64,000 nt of DNA. Origin: Nitrospirota bacterium (GTDB lineage: Bacteria > Nitrospirota > UBA9217). Under the pieces are notes generated by a model. It searched no databases. It worked only from the letters and a program-made list of their open reading frames with translations, and was not told the DNA's origin. Position 1 is the stretch's first letter, and every line of letters begins with the position of its first letter. The DNA is taken from contig OY760142.1 of assembly GCA_963663225.1 (NCBI GenBank), forward strand, positions 448,001 through 512,000. Reading direction: 5' to 3'. Of the stretch, positions 10,570 through 20,941 are shown piece after piece. A program made the translations under genes and the position numbers.

Positions 10570-11238
10570 TTATTCAACCGATAATAGTTTTTTTGCCACT
10601 TCTACTGCTTCAATGGCGTCTTTTCCGTATCCATCAGCACCAATTTTGGCGGCATATTCTTTTGTGACAGGTCCCCCTCCAATCATTACTTTAAAACGAT
10701 CCCGAAGCCCCATACTTGCCAGGTCGTCAATAACTTCTCTCTGGTAAGGCATTGTGGTCGTTAAAAGCGAGGACAGTGCTATCATATCGGCATTTAGGTC
10801 TTTAGCTTTTTCAATAAATGTGGCACTCGGAACATCGACGCCAAGGTCTACAACCTGGAATCCGCCGGCTTTCAACATCGTGGATACGAGATTTTTGCCT
10901 ACGCTGTGCACATCGGCCTGCACCGTTCCTACGATGATAATTTTTTTCCTTTGAGCGTCCGCTTTTGATATGTTTTTTTCCAGCACTTTGCTTACCGTAT
11001 CCATCAGGTCGCCGGATATGACCAATTGCGGCAAATAGTATTCGCCTGAATCGAATTTCTCTCCTACGACGATGGCGGCATCTGCAATGGCATACCGAAT
11101 TGCCACTGATGGGTCAACACCAGCCGCCAGCACTTTTTCAGCCGCCGCTACTGCGTCTTCTTCATTCAGGTCGATAATCGCCGACTTCAATGCGTCCAGC
11201 AGTGTCCGTTCTTTTTCCGATAATTTTTTCGCATCCAT
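10570..11238 (-). CDS. Methyltransferase cognate corrinoid protein (MtmC/MtbC-like)
   Basis: DVHSVGKNLV (DxHxxG), DLGVDV, SSLLTTT, IGGGP and IGADGY motifs. Confidence 0.93.
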   Translation of the reverse strand: MDAKKLSEKERTLLDALKSAIIDLNEEDAVAAAEKVLAAGVDPSVAIRYAIADAAIVVGEKFDSGEYYLPQLVISGDLMDTVSKVLEKNISKADAQRKKIIIVGTVQADVHSVGKNLVSTMLKAGGFQVVDLGVDVPSATFIEKAKDLNADMIALSSLLTTTMPYQREVIDDLASMGLRDRFKVMIGGGPVTKEYAAKIGADGYGKDAIEAVEVAKKLLSVE

Positions 11239-11256
11239 AATTCAAACCCTCCTGTT

Positions 11257-12639
11257 TTATTTTCTAAAATTCAAGCCCATGTCGCCCAGTTCTTTTTTGA
11301 CTTCATCATATATGTTCTGATATTCAGGAATCGGCTGTAAAGTTCTTTGATCATACAATTTTTCAAACACGTCGCCGGCCGGAGCATTTTGGAGATTATT
11401 TTCGTATTTGCTGAGGAGGAATTTGACGATTTTTTCCGCCGTTTTTCTGTCAACACCGGCGCTGGCCTTGCATACCTCACCCATCCAACGAGACTCAAGC
11501 GGTGTTCCATAATTACAGGTGTTGCCGACTACATATTTTCTTGTCCCCTCAGTTGAGTGTGCACCCATGACGGTTGATACGAGAAAACCGGCGGCAGCTT
11601 CGTACAAATATTGCTTGGTTCCCGGACCGGCAGCCGGATGGTCACCCATGCAGCCGACAATCATCAATTTTGTATTGCGGCTCATTCCTTGAATGGCAGT
11701 TCCTGCTACCCACAATTCGGCGCGGGTAACCCTGCTTTTGATACGCGATTCAACAGCTCCGCAGCGGAAGCACATTGCCTTATGAACTACGAGAAGCTGG
11801 AGTGCTCCGGCTACCGAAACAATTGACGCACCTTCTGTCGTCCCAGAAAAACCGCCTATAACGGCACTATGCGTTCCATGAATTGGAATATCCTGTGCCA
11901 ATCCGTATGCAGTCCGGCAAAGGTCATCGTAGGCAACCTTTAATTCCGACATTCCGGTCGATTCAATGAAGTCTGAACGCCTCAACCCATTTTGTTCATC
12001 AAACATTGCAATCGTAGCGGGAGCAGTTGGCGCATTACTAATTGTTATCATCCCGGGTCTGCCGGCCGCTTCTACCGCCCGCCGCATAATGGAAATTGTC
12101 TTGCTGTATTGATATATTTCCGAGGGAGTGCCAGCTACTACATCATATTTTCCATCAATATCAAGAAGTATTCCACCCCAAATACCATCCACGCAGCGGT
12201 CTTCTGCACAAAGCTTATAGATGGTAAACATCTTCGATTCGTCGCTGTATGGAGTCGTCTGAATCCCCGCAATTACTATAGGATTCTCAGTTCCCTCCAC
12301 AGACCGATGCTCCATCTTGACTTTGTCCGCTCCTTGTCCAAGCACAATTGACTTGGGACATGCGGCTATTTCATCATCCAGTTCCTTTTCGGTTACTTTA
12401 ATTGCTCTTCGTGTCGTCGTCGAGTACGTACCCACTGAAAGAAACAATTCACGGCCTGCCTGGTATACTCGGTCTGCCAAATCTCCCGTTTTGTCAAGTG
12501 GGTTCTCCGGATCATACTTGATACCGTACTTCTTCTGGAGTTCCTGAGTTTTTTTAAAAATTGACATATCAAACTGTTTTTCTTCTAAAATTGGGCCTTC
12601 TTTAGATCTTTGAAGAATATCGAATAATGGCAGTCTCAT
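11257..12639 (-). CDS. MtmB-family corrinoid methyltransferase, no pyrrolysine (paralog 1)
   Basis: AGRPGM, SELKV, IGGFSG, AGPGT..YLYEAAA, TPLESRWMGEV and APAG..FEKLYD pattern; 460 aa. Confidence 0.85.
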   Translation of the reverse strand: MRLPLFDILQRSKEGPILEEKQFDMSIFKKTQELQKKYGIKYDPENPLDKTGDLADRVYQAGRELFLSVGTYSTTTRRAIKVTEKELDDEIAACPKSIVLGQGADKVKMEHRSVEGTENPIVIAGIQTTPYSDESKMFTIYKLCAEDRCVDGIWGGILLDIDGKYDVVAGTPSEIYQYSKTISIMRRAVEAAGRPGMITISNAPTAPATIAMFDEQNGLRRSDFIESTGMSELKVAYDDLCRTAYGLAQDIPIHGTHSAVIGGFSGTTEGASIVSVAGALQLLVVHKAMCFRCGAVESRIKSRVTRAELWVAGTAIQGMSRNTKLMIVGCMGDHPAAGPGTKQYLYEAAAGFLVSTVMGAHSTEGTRKYVVGNTCNYGTPLESRWMGEVCKASAGVDRKTAEKIVKFLLSKYENNLQNAPAGDVFEKLYDQRTLQPIPEYQNIYDEVKKELGDMGLNFRK

Positions 12640-12762
12640 TCAGATCCTCCTTTTAGATTTCAAATTTTACTAAAAGTGCATTGAACAGTTCATATATCCT
12701 ATCCTGTAGATATGTTCATTCACCCCCCCTCTATTTAAATCGGCCCAGCGCGTTACACATAT

Positions 12763-12800
12763 TGTGTACTTAATGTATACATAAAGTATGTAATTGTCAA
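12763..12800 (-). promoter_or_regulatory. sigma70 promoter TTGACA-N17-TACATT with TGTATACA operator
   Basis: -35 at 12795-12800, -10 at 12772-12777, palindrome at 12774-12781. Confidence 0.75.
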
Positions 12801-13045
12801 GCAAAAAAATACTGCTCTTTTGCAGGCAAAACCTATAGTTTTCTAGTATCTTATATCTGGTTTTTTTGGTAGCAGAGAGACAGTTGTGCGACTTGGAGAA
12901 TTACAGACGGCATTTGATGGGTTATTTTAGAGCGGATGAGATAACAGGGAGCGGCGTCTGTGCAATAGTTGTTCTTTCCAAGATGTTAACAAAGAATATG
13001 AGCGACTTGCGATAATTCCACGACGGCTTTATCCTATCCAAGCGC

Positions 13046-13618
13046 TTATGTATTGCCTTTTAAATAAATGTCAGTGTCAATACATTGCACGCCAATGTTT
13101 TTCATATCAAGAATATTGGCGTCCGCGACTTCCTTTGTCTGTGCAGATGCGGCATCAGTGACTAATATAACCTCGTAATCGAGTGCCACTCCATCGAATA
13201 CTGTTGTTCTCACGCAAACCGGATATTGAGTGCCGCAGACCACGATTGTTCGTATTCCGAGTCTGCGCAATATAAAATCCAGTTCAGTATTCATAAAGCT
13301 GCTGTACCGGTTTTTCATGATTCTATATTCACCCGCCAGCGGCTTAAGCGCCTCAACGATTTCACATCCTTTGGTTCCGGGCACGCAATACTTTTTACCG
13401 TTTAAAAAAGCTTTCTGACGTGTTATTTCTATGTCGGATCCATCTTCGCGATATTCTCTCATTATGTAGATAACCGGCATTTTTTGCTCTCTAAATCGAT
13501 TGAGAAGCTTTTGAATTTCCGGGATGGTGGCCATAGCACCGGCTATGCATGCCGGCGCACCCGGCAAAACGAAATCATTCTGCATATCTACAATAATCAA
13601 AGCACTCTTATTAGGCAT
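13046..13618 (-). CDS. Isochorismatase-family cysteine hydrolase
   Basis: ALIIVDMQNDF, KNRYSSF and VCGTQYPVCVRTT (Asp-Lys-Cys triad). Confidence 0.9.
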   Translation of the reverse strand: MPNKSALIIVDMQNDFVLPGAPACIAGAMATIPEIQKLLNRFREQKMPVIYIMREYREDGSDIEITRQKAFLNGKKYCVPGTKGCEIVEALKPLAGEYRIMKNRYSSFMNTELDFILRRLGIRTIVVCGTQYPVCVRTTVFDGVALDYEVILVTDAASAQTKEVADANILDMKNIGVQCIDTDIYLKGNT

Positions 13619-13672
13619 TAGATTCTCTCCATGTTTGTGCAATATTTTCGCGGAATATAAAGAAATCTATTT

Positions 13673-14581
13673 TCAGGTATTAACAGATACTTTGGCATTT
13701 GTCTGATTAGCAATCATGTGCGCAACTTCATCAACCAGAGACATATTCGGAGGATTAACATTTATCAACTCATATTTTTTCCCGAGCTTTTCATATTTGT
13801 CGCTCCCAAGACGATGGTACGTTAGTAAATCAACAAAGTTAATATTCTCATTGTTCACAATTTTGATTATTTTATCATAAAAATCATGATCCATGTTAAA
13901 CCCAGGTATAATGGGTATCCGTAAAATAAGATTTTTTTTAATGGCTGATAGTTTGGATAAATTGTCAATTATTTGGTCGTTGTTTACTCCTGTGCTCTCA
14001 AGGTGCTTTTTTCTATCAAGATGCTTAATATCAAATAAAACCCAATCGAGCAACTTGCATAATTCCTGGATAACATCCCAGGGACCAATTCCGGATGTTT
14101 CAATTGCAGTGTTAATCTCATTCTCTTTTAATTGCTTTAATAGATCGAACAGGAATTCCGGTTGAAAAAGCGGTTCACCGCCTGAAATAGTTACCCCGCC
14201 GCCGGAAGTTTGATAGAACAATCTGTCGGCTTCAACTATATTCAGTATTTCCTTTGCGGTCATTTCTTTTCCCAAAATCTGGAGGGCCGTCGTCGGGCAC
14301 TGCGTCGCACACACACCGCACTTGCTGCATCGATCTCGGTCTATGCTCACTCGTTTGTCACGCGTTACGGTTACTGCTGCAATTGGACAGACGGCTACAC
14401 AACCACCACAGTCAATGCATAGTTTTGCATCATAAATAATTTCCTTTTTTCCGCTTTGCGATTCCGGATTGCTGCACCATCTGCAGTGTAGCGGGCAACC
14501 TTTCATGAATATGACTGTTCTTATACCGGGCCCGTCATGCAAGCAAAATTTTTGTATATTAAAAATACAGCCCTTTATCAC
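13673..14581 (-). CDS. Glycyl-radical enzyme activating enzyme with ferredoxin insert
   Basis: HDGPGIRT..F.KGCPLHCRWCSNPE, two CxxCxxCxxxC motifs, SGGEP. Confidence 0.95.
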   Translation of the reverse strand: MIKGCIFNIQKFCLHDGPGIRTVIFMKGCPLHCRWCSNPESQSGKKEIIYDAKLCIDCGGCVAVCPIAAVTVTRDKRVSIDRDRCSKCGVCATQCPTTALQILGKEMTAKEILNIVEADRLFYQTSGGGVTISGGEPLFQPEFLFDLLKQLKENEINTAIETSGIGPWDVIQELCKLLDWVLFDIKHLDRKKHLESTGVNNDQIIDNLSKLSAIKKNLILRIPIIPGFNMDHDFYDKIIKIVNNENINFVDLLTYHRLGSDKYEKLGKKYELINVNPPNMSLVDEVAHMIANQTNAKVSVNT

Positions 14582-14602
14582 TTCTTATACCTCCGCAGGC
14601 CG

Positions 14603-17038
14603 TCACACGTTATGCGAACCAGACTCATGCTCTGTTCGTTTGATAATATCTTCCTGTAAAACGGGATCTATTGTTGTGAATAGTACGCTAAAACCTGCAA
14701 CTCTTACGGTAAGTGTAGGGTAGCGTTCTGGATGTTTCATTGCCTCTCTCAGGGTCTGCGCATCTATTACATTAAACTGAACATGCTGCCCTTTCATTAT
14801 AAAATATGTTTTTACCAAGTCGCATATTTTTGAAAAACATTCACCCTGAAGGAGCGAAGGATTAAGTTTTACATTGAGAAGCGTACTTCCTATTGCTTTC
14901 TGAGGATCAAGTTTTACAACGGATTTAAGCAAGGCAGTCAACCCGCTTTTATCCATTCCATGTGAGCAGGATACCCCTCCATCCGCTATTACGGTGCCCT
15001 TTTTTCTTCCATCCGGCGTAGCTCCGGTCCAACGGGCAAAAAGCACATTTGTTGCTATTGTGTAAAGCGCTATATTGTATTTACCGCCTCTGGGATTTTT
15101 ATGCTTGGCCGCTTCTATACAGAGTTGATTTAATACGCGGTTTCCGAGCGAATCAACGTAATCTATGTCGTTGCCATATTTGGGGACTTGATTGATCAAC
15201 TTCAGCCGGAAGCTCTCTGATCCTTCATAATCAGCCAACAAGGTTTTTTTGAAGTCATACCACGTAAGTGCCCTATCTTCATAAATATACTTTTGAATGA
15301 CTGCCAACGAGTCTGCGACATTCGCTACCCCGACCGCCTCCAAGGTTGTAAAATTATACCTGGCTCCGCCCTCAAGTGAACTTTTTCCATTGTGCATGCA
15401 ACCATCTATTAAAACAGATTCAAAGGGCGTGGGACAGAGGGCTCCATGCAATCGGTCCAAAATATTGTCGCAGGCTATTTGTAAACCCAGATAATGTCCG
15501 AGTTGTTTAAAATATGCATTCAGGAAATCATCGAAAGTTGATGCATTACTCACATCGCCCGTATTAAAATCATATTGTTTCTTCAGTACGGGATCGTATC
15601 CATTGAAAATCGTAAGCTCCAGAATTTTAAGCAGATTTAAAAACCCACCGGTTAACCATGGCTCTGTAACACCTGGGACCGTACTTTCGGTACAGCCGAC
15701 TACAGCGTAATTGCGCGCGTCTTCGATGGTATAGCCGAGTTGAAGCATATTCGGTATAAGCACTTCATCATTAAACATTGCTGGCATTCCACCGCCATAC
15801 GAAATCACCCGAAGAGCATGATTCAAAAAATCTTCTGGACACCCTGAGAACCAACGCATTGAGAGCGATGGTTGTGGAAGACCAACCCGTGCGGTAGTTT
15901 CCAAACAAAGGTGGGAAAGCTCATTTACTGCACTCGTTCCCTCCTTAGTTTGTCCGCCTAAGATCAGGTTCTGAAACATAGGATATCCGCCAAAAGCAAC
16001 CGTTGATATTTTATCTCTAACCTTATTGATTTCGAAAAATTTCAGCCAAAGGCATTGCACGAGTTCTTCTGCGTTTTTTTCAGATGCAATCCCGTTGTCC
16101 AGACTGTGCCTGTAGGACGGATACATGTATTGATCGAATCGACCCGGTGATACGCTATGCCCGTTTGATTCAAGGTGCAGTATTAAGTGCACGAACCAAA
16201 AACTCTGCAGTGCCTCCCAAAATGATCGCGCAGGATATGCGGGGACTATTTTGCAATTTTGCGCTATATCATACAGCTCTTTTTTCCTGCGTTCATCTTT
16301 TTCAGCTTCTGCCTTTTTTTCAGCCAATATTGAAAATCGCTTGGCAAAATTTATTGCCGCAGAGCATACGATGGCTACAGCATCGTAATAATTTGCCTTG
16401 TCTACGTAATCTTTATCATCTATGCTCAGCGTCTTTTTCTGTCGTTCCGCTTGTTCAATAAAATATTGAAGACCTTTTTTTATACACTGCTCATAATCTA
16501 CAACAACATGCCCTACGCCAGATCTAAAAGCTGTCAGTATAAATATTAAATCTTCTGCTGCTTCCTTTGCTTGTTCTGGAATTACTCTCAAAGCATTGCT
16601 TGTTATGGTGTTTACATCCCACTTCTTATATATTTCCCGGAGCTTTTCTTTAGTTTCTTCACTTATATAAAATTTATCAGCAACTCTGCCATTAAATGAG
16701 TCCAGCTCATCAATGACAAATTTCATATCATACTCAGGAAATATTTGACAACCCCGTGGTTTTCCAGCGTAACTGCCGACAATAAGTTCATCATCATTAA
16801 TACAGATGTTCATATTGTTTAATATTTTTTCAAGGGCTTTAGCTCTCCGTATGATATACGGTTGGCCGGCAGTTTCGAAATAACTCGCTGTTATTAGCAA
16901 TGCCCGATCTGCAAAAATTTCGGGCACCGTATTGAGCATAAACTCTCTGAGCTTTCTGATCCTATCAGAGACACTATCTGTTATCTTATTCCTACTAGAT
17001 TTGTTTTCTAAAGAATCATGAGATGTAAGGGTTGTCAT
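14603..17038 (-). CDS. Glycyl radical enzyme, diol/glycerol dehydratase-like, substrate unknown
   Basis: GVGHV, ESNGHS, FGGYPMFQNL, Cys loop GCTE, glycyl motif VRVAGFS. Confidence 0.92.
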   Translation of the reverse strand: MTTLTSHDSLENKSSRNKITDSVSDRIRKLREFMLNTVPEIFADRALLITASYFETAGQPYIIRRAKALEKILNNMNICINDDELIVGSYAGKPRGCQIFPEYDMKFVIDELDSFNGRVADKFYISEETKEKLREIYKKWDVNTITSNALRVIPEQAKEAAEDLIFILTAFRSGVGHVVVDYEQCIKKGLQYFIEQAERQKKTLSIDDKDYVDKANYYDAVAIVCSAAINFAKRFSILAEKKAEAEKDERRKKELYDIAQNCKIVPAYPARSFWEALQSFWFVHLILHLESNGHSVSPGRFDQYMYPSYRHSLDNGIASEKNAEELVQCLWLKFFEINKVRDKISTVAFGGYPMFQNLILGGQTKEGTSAVNELSHLCLETTARVGLPQPSLSMRWFSGCPEDFLNHALRVISYGGGMPAMFNDEVLIPNMLQLGYTIEDARNYAVVGCTESTVPGVTEPWLTGGFLNLLKILELTIFNGYDPVLKKQYDFNTGDVSNASTFDDFLNAYFKQLGHYLGLQIACDNILDRLHGALCPTPFESVLIDGCMHNGKSSLEGGARYNFTTLEAVGVANVADSLAVIQKYIYEDRALTWYDFKKTLLADYEGSESFRLKLINQVPKYGNDIDYVDSLGNRVLNQLCIEAAKHKNPRGGKYNIALYTIATNVLFARWTGATPDGRKKGTVIADGGVSCSHGMDKSGLTALLKSVVKLDPQKAIGSTLLNVKLNPSLLQGECFSKICDLVKTYFIMKGQHVQFNVIDAQTLREAMKHPERYPTLTVRVAGFSVLFTTIDPVLQEDIIKRTEHESGSHNV

Positions 17039-17247
17039 TTATCCCTCCACTATACAAGCATGCGACGTTCAGGCTCGTATTTGATTACAGATTCATAGAC
17101 ATAATCGTTTGCAAATATTCGTTTAAAAAAATCGCCGAATAGTTTACATTTATTCCACCCTGAGTAGCAATCGTCCTCATGCCGACCAGCCTCGCTTTTC
17201 TTACTGTTACTCAGCTATAGACCAAGACGAATTTGCCTTATGACTTA

Positions 17248-18267
17248 TTAGATGGCTGCCGCCTCTTTCGCTTTCGCAAGATCATAAGCAACCTCGATAC
17301 AAATATGCTCTTGACCTTCCGTGCATTGCCGCTTGCCTATCTCCTTGATAATATCTCGTGGATCTACACTATACTTAGCTCCTGCTCGTTGTGCAAACAA
17401 AAGAAAGCTAGAATAACATCCAGCGTAGCCGAGCATGATACGATCATTATCCAACTCCATTGGTCTAACCATCAAAGGCTTTAAATATTTGTCTCCTACA
17501 TCCATTGCCTTGTACAAATCAATTCCCGTTTCTATCCCTTTTCGATCACAGACTGCCACAAGCACCTCTGTCGGACAGTTCCCCGCGCCTGCACCGAATC
17601 CCTTCAAACAAGCATCGATATATTCTGCACCTGCCTCGATCGCAGCCATTGAATTGGCCACTGCAAGTTGAAGATTGTTATGTCCATGGAAGCCTATTCC
17701 AACGTCCAGTGCTTTACGCATTGCAGATATTCGTTCGAAAACCTGTTCTGGCAGCATATAGCCGCCGCCGTCAAGCAAATACACGACTTCTGCACCGTAG
17801 GACTCGGAAAGCCTGGCATAATGGACCGTATCTTCAACACTAATCACTGAAGCACAGGGCAAGACGGCTCTCGGTTGCATTCCTAATTGTTTTGCCATCT
17901 TTATGTGCTGTTCTGCAATATCACTCTCTGTAATTTGGGTGCATAATCGAGCAACTTTGACGCCATAATCTACCGCCATTTGCAGTTCTTCCCGTGTGCC
18001 AATACCAGGCAGAATAATAATTCCTAACTTTGTCTTCTTAACCGCCTGGGATACTGCTTTGATATAGTCTATATCGCGGGCTGGGGCAAAGCCATATTGA
18101 AATGACGATCCAGCCAAACCGTTTCCATGTCCAAATTCAATTACGTCTACACCTATTTCATCAACTTTTCCTGCTAGCTGTGCCATTTGTTCCGGCGATA
18201 GTTGATGGCTTACGGCATGCATTCCATCCCGCATTGTGACATCCAGGATCCGAATTTTTTTTGACAT
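17248..18267 (-). CDS. dmpG: 4-hydroxy-2-oxovalerate aldolase
   Basis: DVTMRDGMH, HGNGLAGSS, GFHGHNNL, GAGAGN and GYAGCYSSFL motifs; start at the ATG after GGAGG. Confidence 0.9.
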   Translation of the reverse strand: MSKKIRILDVTMRDGMHAVSHQLSPEQMAQLAGKVDEIGVDVIEFGHGNGLAGSSFQYGFAPARDIDYIKAVSQAVKKTKLGIIILPGIGTREELQMAVDYGVKVARLCTQITESDIAEQHIKMAKQLGMQPRAVLPCASVISVEDTVHYARLSESYGAEVVYLLDGGGYMLPEQVFERISAMRKALDVGIGFHGHNNLQLAVANSMAAIEAGAEYIDACLKGFGAGAGNCPTEVLVAVCDRKGIETGIDLYKAMDVGDKYLKPLMVRPMELDNDRIMLGYAGCYSSFLLFAQRAGAKYSVDPRDIIKEIGKRQCTEGQEHICIEVAYDLAKAKEAAAI

Positions 18268-18281
18268 CGTATGCCTCCAGG

Positions 18282-19166
18282 TTAGTTTAAGGTTTGTTTT
18301 AAAAGATTTCGCGCTAGACCATCGCCGACAGCCATTGCAGCGCATGTCATGATATCAAGATTTCCACTATATTTTTGCAAATAATCACCTGCTCCCTCTA
18401 CTTCGATCATGACTGTCACCTTGTCGCCGTCAAACGTGGGAGGAATTTTAAGTCGATACCCTGGCACATACTGTTGAACAGCTTTTATCATATCTGCTAC
18501 AGATCGAGTTATGCCCGCTTCGTCTTTATTTTCTACCTTCGCGTAAATTATGCAGTTCATGGTCATTGGTGGAGTTGCCGGATTAAGCAGGATAATTGCT
18601 TTCCCTTTTTCTGCGCCTCCTATCTGAACTATCCCTTTTGCCGTTGTTTGTGTAAACTCATCAATATTCTGGCGAGTGCCCGGGCCGGCACTTTTGCTTG
18701 CGATTGTAGATACTATCTCTGCGTATGGAACGGCGCATACGCGGCTGATTGCTTTTACGATTGGTATAGTAGCCTGTCCGCCACAGGTAATTAAATTAAC
18801 ATTCTGTGCAGAAAGGTGTTCATCAAGATTAACAACCGGGATTACATAAGGTCCGACAGCTGCCGGGGTCAAATCCACCGCGATCTTTCCCGCTTCCTTG
18901 AGAAGAGGTGCATGTTTTGTATGCGGTGCGGCACCTGTCGCGTCAAAAACAATTTTAATATTCTTTTGCTGAATAACTGAATCTATCCCAGCGGCCGATG
19001 TAGCTATACCCTCCTGCTTCGCAATTTTTAAGCCCTCCGACTCTGGAATTATTCCTGCCATTAACTTCAAGTCAAGGTACCGGCTTCGTCGTAATATTTT
19101 AAACATAAGATCGATACCGATGTTGCCCGGACCAATAATAGCTGCTTCAACTTTTAGGTTATCCAT
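18282..19166 (-). CDS. dmpF: Acetaldehyde dehydrogenase (acylating)
   Basis: [30 protein letters not shown] and GNLDIMT motifs. Confidence 0.93.
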   Translation of the reverse strand: MDNLKVEAAIIGPGNIGIDLMFKILRRSRYLDLKLMAGIIPESEGLKIAKQEGIATSAAGIDSVIQQKNIKIVFDATGAAPHTKHAPLLKEAGKIAVDLTPAAVGPYVIPVVNLDEHLSAQNVNLITCGGQATIPIVKAISRVCAVPYAEIVSTIASKSAGPGTRQNIDEFTQTTAKGIVQIGGAEKGKAIILLNPATPPMTMNCIIYAKVENKDEAGITRSVADMIKAVQQYVPGYRLKIPPTFDGDKVTVMIEVEGAGDYLQKYSGNLDIMTCAAMAVGDGLARNLLKQTLN

Positions 19167-19322
19167 TGCTTATTTCTCCAGTATTGTTTGACTTCTTTAT
19201 AACAAGTTTGCCAGATGGATAAAAAATGATTGCTGCCTCAACATTAACGACGTGGCGACTCAAATTTCAGTACCGCATGTTAACATTGAGACAGCAATGA
19301 CACATTTGAATGCAGTTCCGTA

Positions 19323-20681
19323 CTAAGGAGAAAGTTCCTCTAAAACTCTTCCTTTTGTTTCTTCTCCCAATATTCCTATAGCAACAGCTGTTATTATGAA
19401 ACAGCCGGCGCCAAAAATAAATACTCCCGTATTTCCTACGTGCGGCAAAATTGCTCCAATCAGAGCAATGCCTAGTAACGACCCTATGCGACCTACTCCT
19501 GAAGCAAAGCCTGATCCAGTTGTTCTTGCTCTCGTCGGATAAAGTTCTGGAGTATACGCATAAACCGTTGACCATGTACCCATCATGAAAAATTGCATAC
19601 AAGATCCAAATATGATCAGGGTTGACATACTCCCGGCATTACCGTAGAGATAAGAAAAGAATGCACATCCAAGAAGTGCGACTATTACAGAGGGTTTACG
19701 ACCAATTTTTTCAACTGTGTAGGCTGCCGTTATAAATCCCGGTATGCCGGCTAACGAAATTGCAATTGTGTAGTAAACGGATTTCGTGACCGAGAAACCA
19801 GCTGCCTGCAATAACGTACTCAACCATGTCGTTAATGCATAATAACCTAAACAAAATCCAAACCACATTATCCATACCATTACCGTTCTTTTTGCATATC
19901 CAGGCGCCCAAAGCATGAGAAATGAAAATTTTTGCTCTTTTTTACGATGCGAGTATTCTACTTCTGGAATCGGAGGAAGTTCTTTTCCATAGGCCTTCTT
20001 TACTTTATTCTCAACCAGGCTCATAACTTTTTCCGCCTCGTCATGTCGGCCTACATCATCCAGCCATCTGGCAGATTCCGGTACTATTCTTCGAAAGAAA
20101 AAAATAAATATAGCCGGAATTGCTTGAGCAATAAATACCCAACGCCAACCGCCTATTGGCAAAATGAAATATGCCTCTAAACCTGCAAAAATAAAGCTGA
20201 TGGGCCACAGTCCTTCAAGTAGGGCAATATAACGGCCTCGGTTCTTGGCTGGAATATACTCAGATACTAAAGCTTGTCCTATTGGAAATTCCATTCCTAT
20301 ACCAAAACCTAGTATTACTCTGTATATTCCTAGTTCAAATGGCGTGCTTGCAATTGAACAGAGAAAACTAGCCGTTCCCCATATGAGCATACTTACTTGG
20401 AATATTGTGCGACGCCCGTAACGGTCTGCTGCCATGCCCGCGAGCGCTGCACCTACAGCCATGCCCCAAAAACTCGCACTTGCTAAAACACCTGCTTCCG
20501 CTGTGCTTAAGCCAAATTCAGTCTTGATAGATCCCAAAAGAAATGTAAGGGAAGCTAAGTCAATCGCATCAAACAGCCAACAGGTAACGATTGCACTAAA
20601 TATTAACTTCTGATAAAAAGTTAATGGCAACCTTTCCATCCGCTGTGCAATTCGAAGATTTATTGTCTGCGTTTGCGGCAT
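19323..20681 (-). CDS. MFS transporter
   Basis: GMAADRYGRR, PESARWL and YTPELYPTRAR motifs. Confidence 0.92.
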   Translation of the reverse strand: MPQTQTINLRIAQRMERLPLTFYQKLIFSAIVTCWLFDAIDLASLTFLLGSIKTEFGLSTAEAGVLASASFWGMAVGAALAGMAADRYGRRTIFQVSMLIWGTASFLCSIASTPFELGIYRVILGFGIGMEFPIGQALVSEYIPAKNRGRYIALLEGLWPISFIFAGLEAYFILPIGGWRWVFIAQAIPAIFIFFFRRIVPESARWLDDVGRHDEAEKVMSLVENKVKKAYGKELPPIPEVEYSHRKKEQKFSFLMLWAPGYAKRTVMVWIMWFGFCLGYYALTTWLSTLLQAAGFSVTKSVYYTIAISLAGIPGFITAAYTVEKIGRKPSVIVALLGCAFFSYLYGNAGSMSTLIIFGSCMQFFMMGTWSTVYAYTPELYPTRARTTGSGFASGVGRIGSLLGIALIGAILPHVGNTGVFIFGAGCFIITAVAIGILGEETKGRVLEELSP

Positions 20682-20941
20682 TATCTTTTCTCCTTAATTT
20701 TTTCAATTAGTTGTATAAAAAATGGTAATATACAACACATCAAGGGATGCTTCTACACTCTTATCAAAACATCTGTTACTTTGAATGCTATTTCTTAAAA
20801 AATAAATATCTTAAATTTCAGACTTTACCTCCTTTCTGATAGACCGAAACACTTTTTTCTGTTTTATCTGTTCTGGCGGTTTATCATGAAGCATTTATGG
20901 TCTAACAGTTTTATTGCATTTACTTCTAACAATCATTTACT

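Noticed and set aside
9182-12639. Pyrrolysine recoding
   Set aside because: Both ORFs are full length without in-frame TAG, and no pyl genes are seen.
14603-17038. Pyruvate formate-lyase, choline TMA-lyase or benzylsuccinate synthase
   Set aside because: No adjacent Cys-Cys pair, no microcompartment or small-subunit genes, and the motifs look closer to diol dehydratases.
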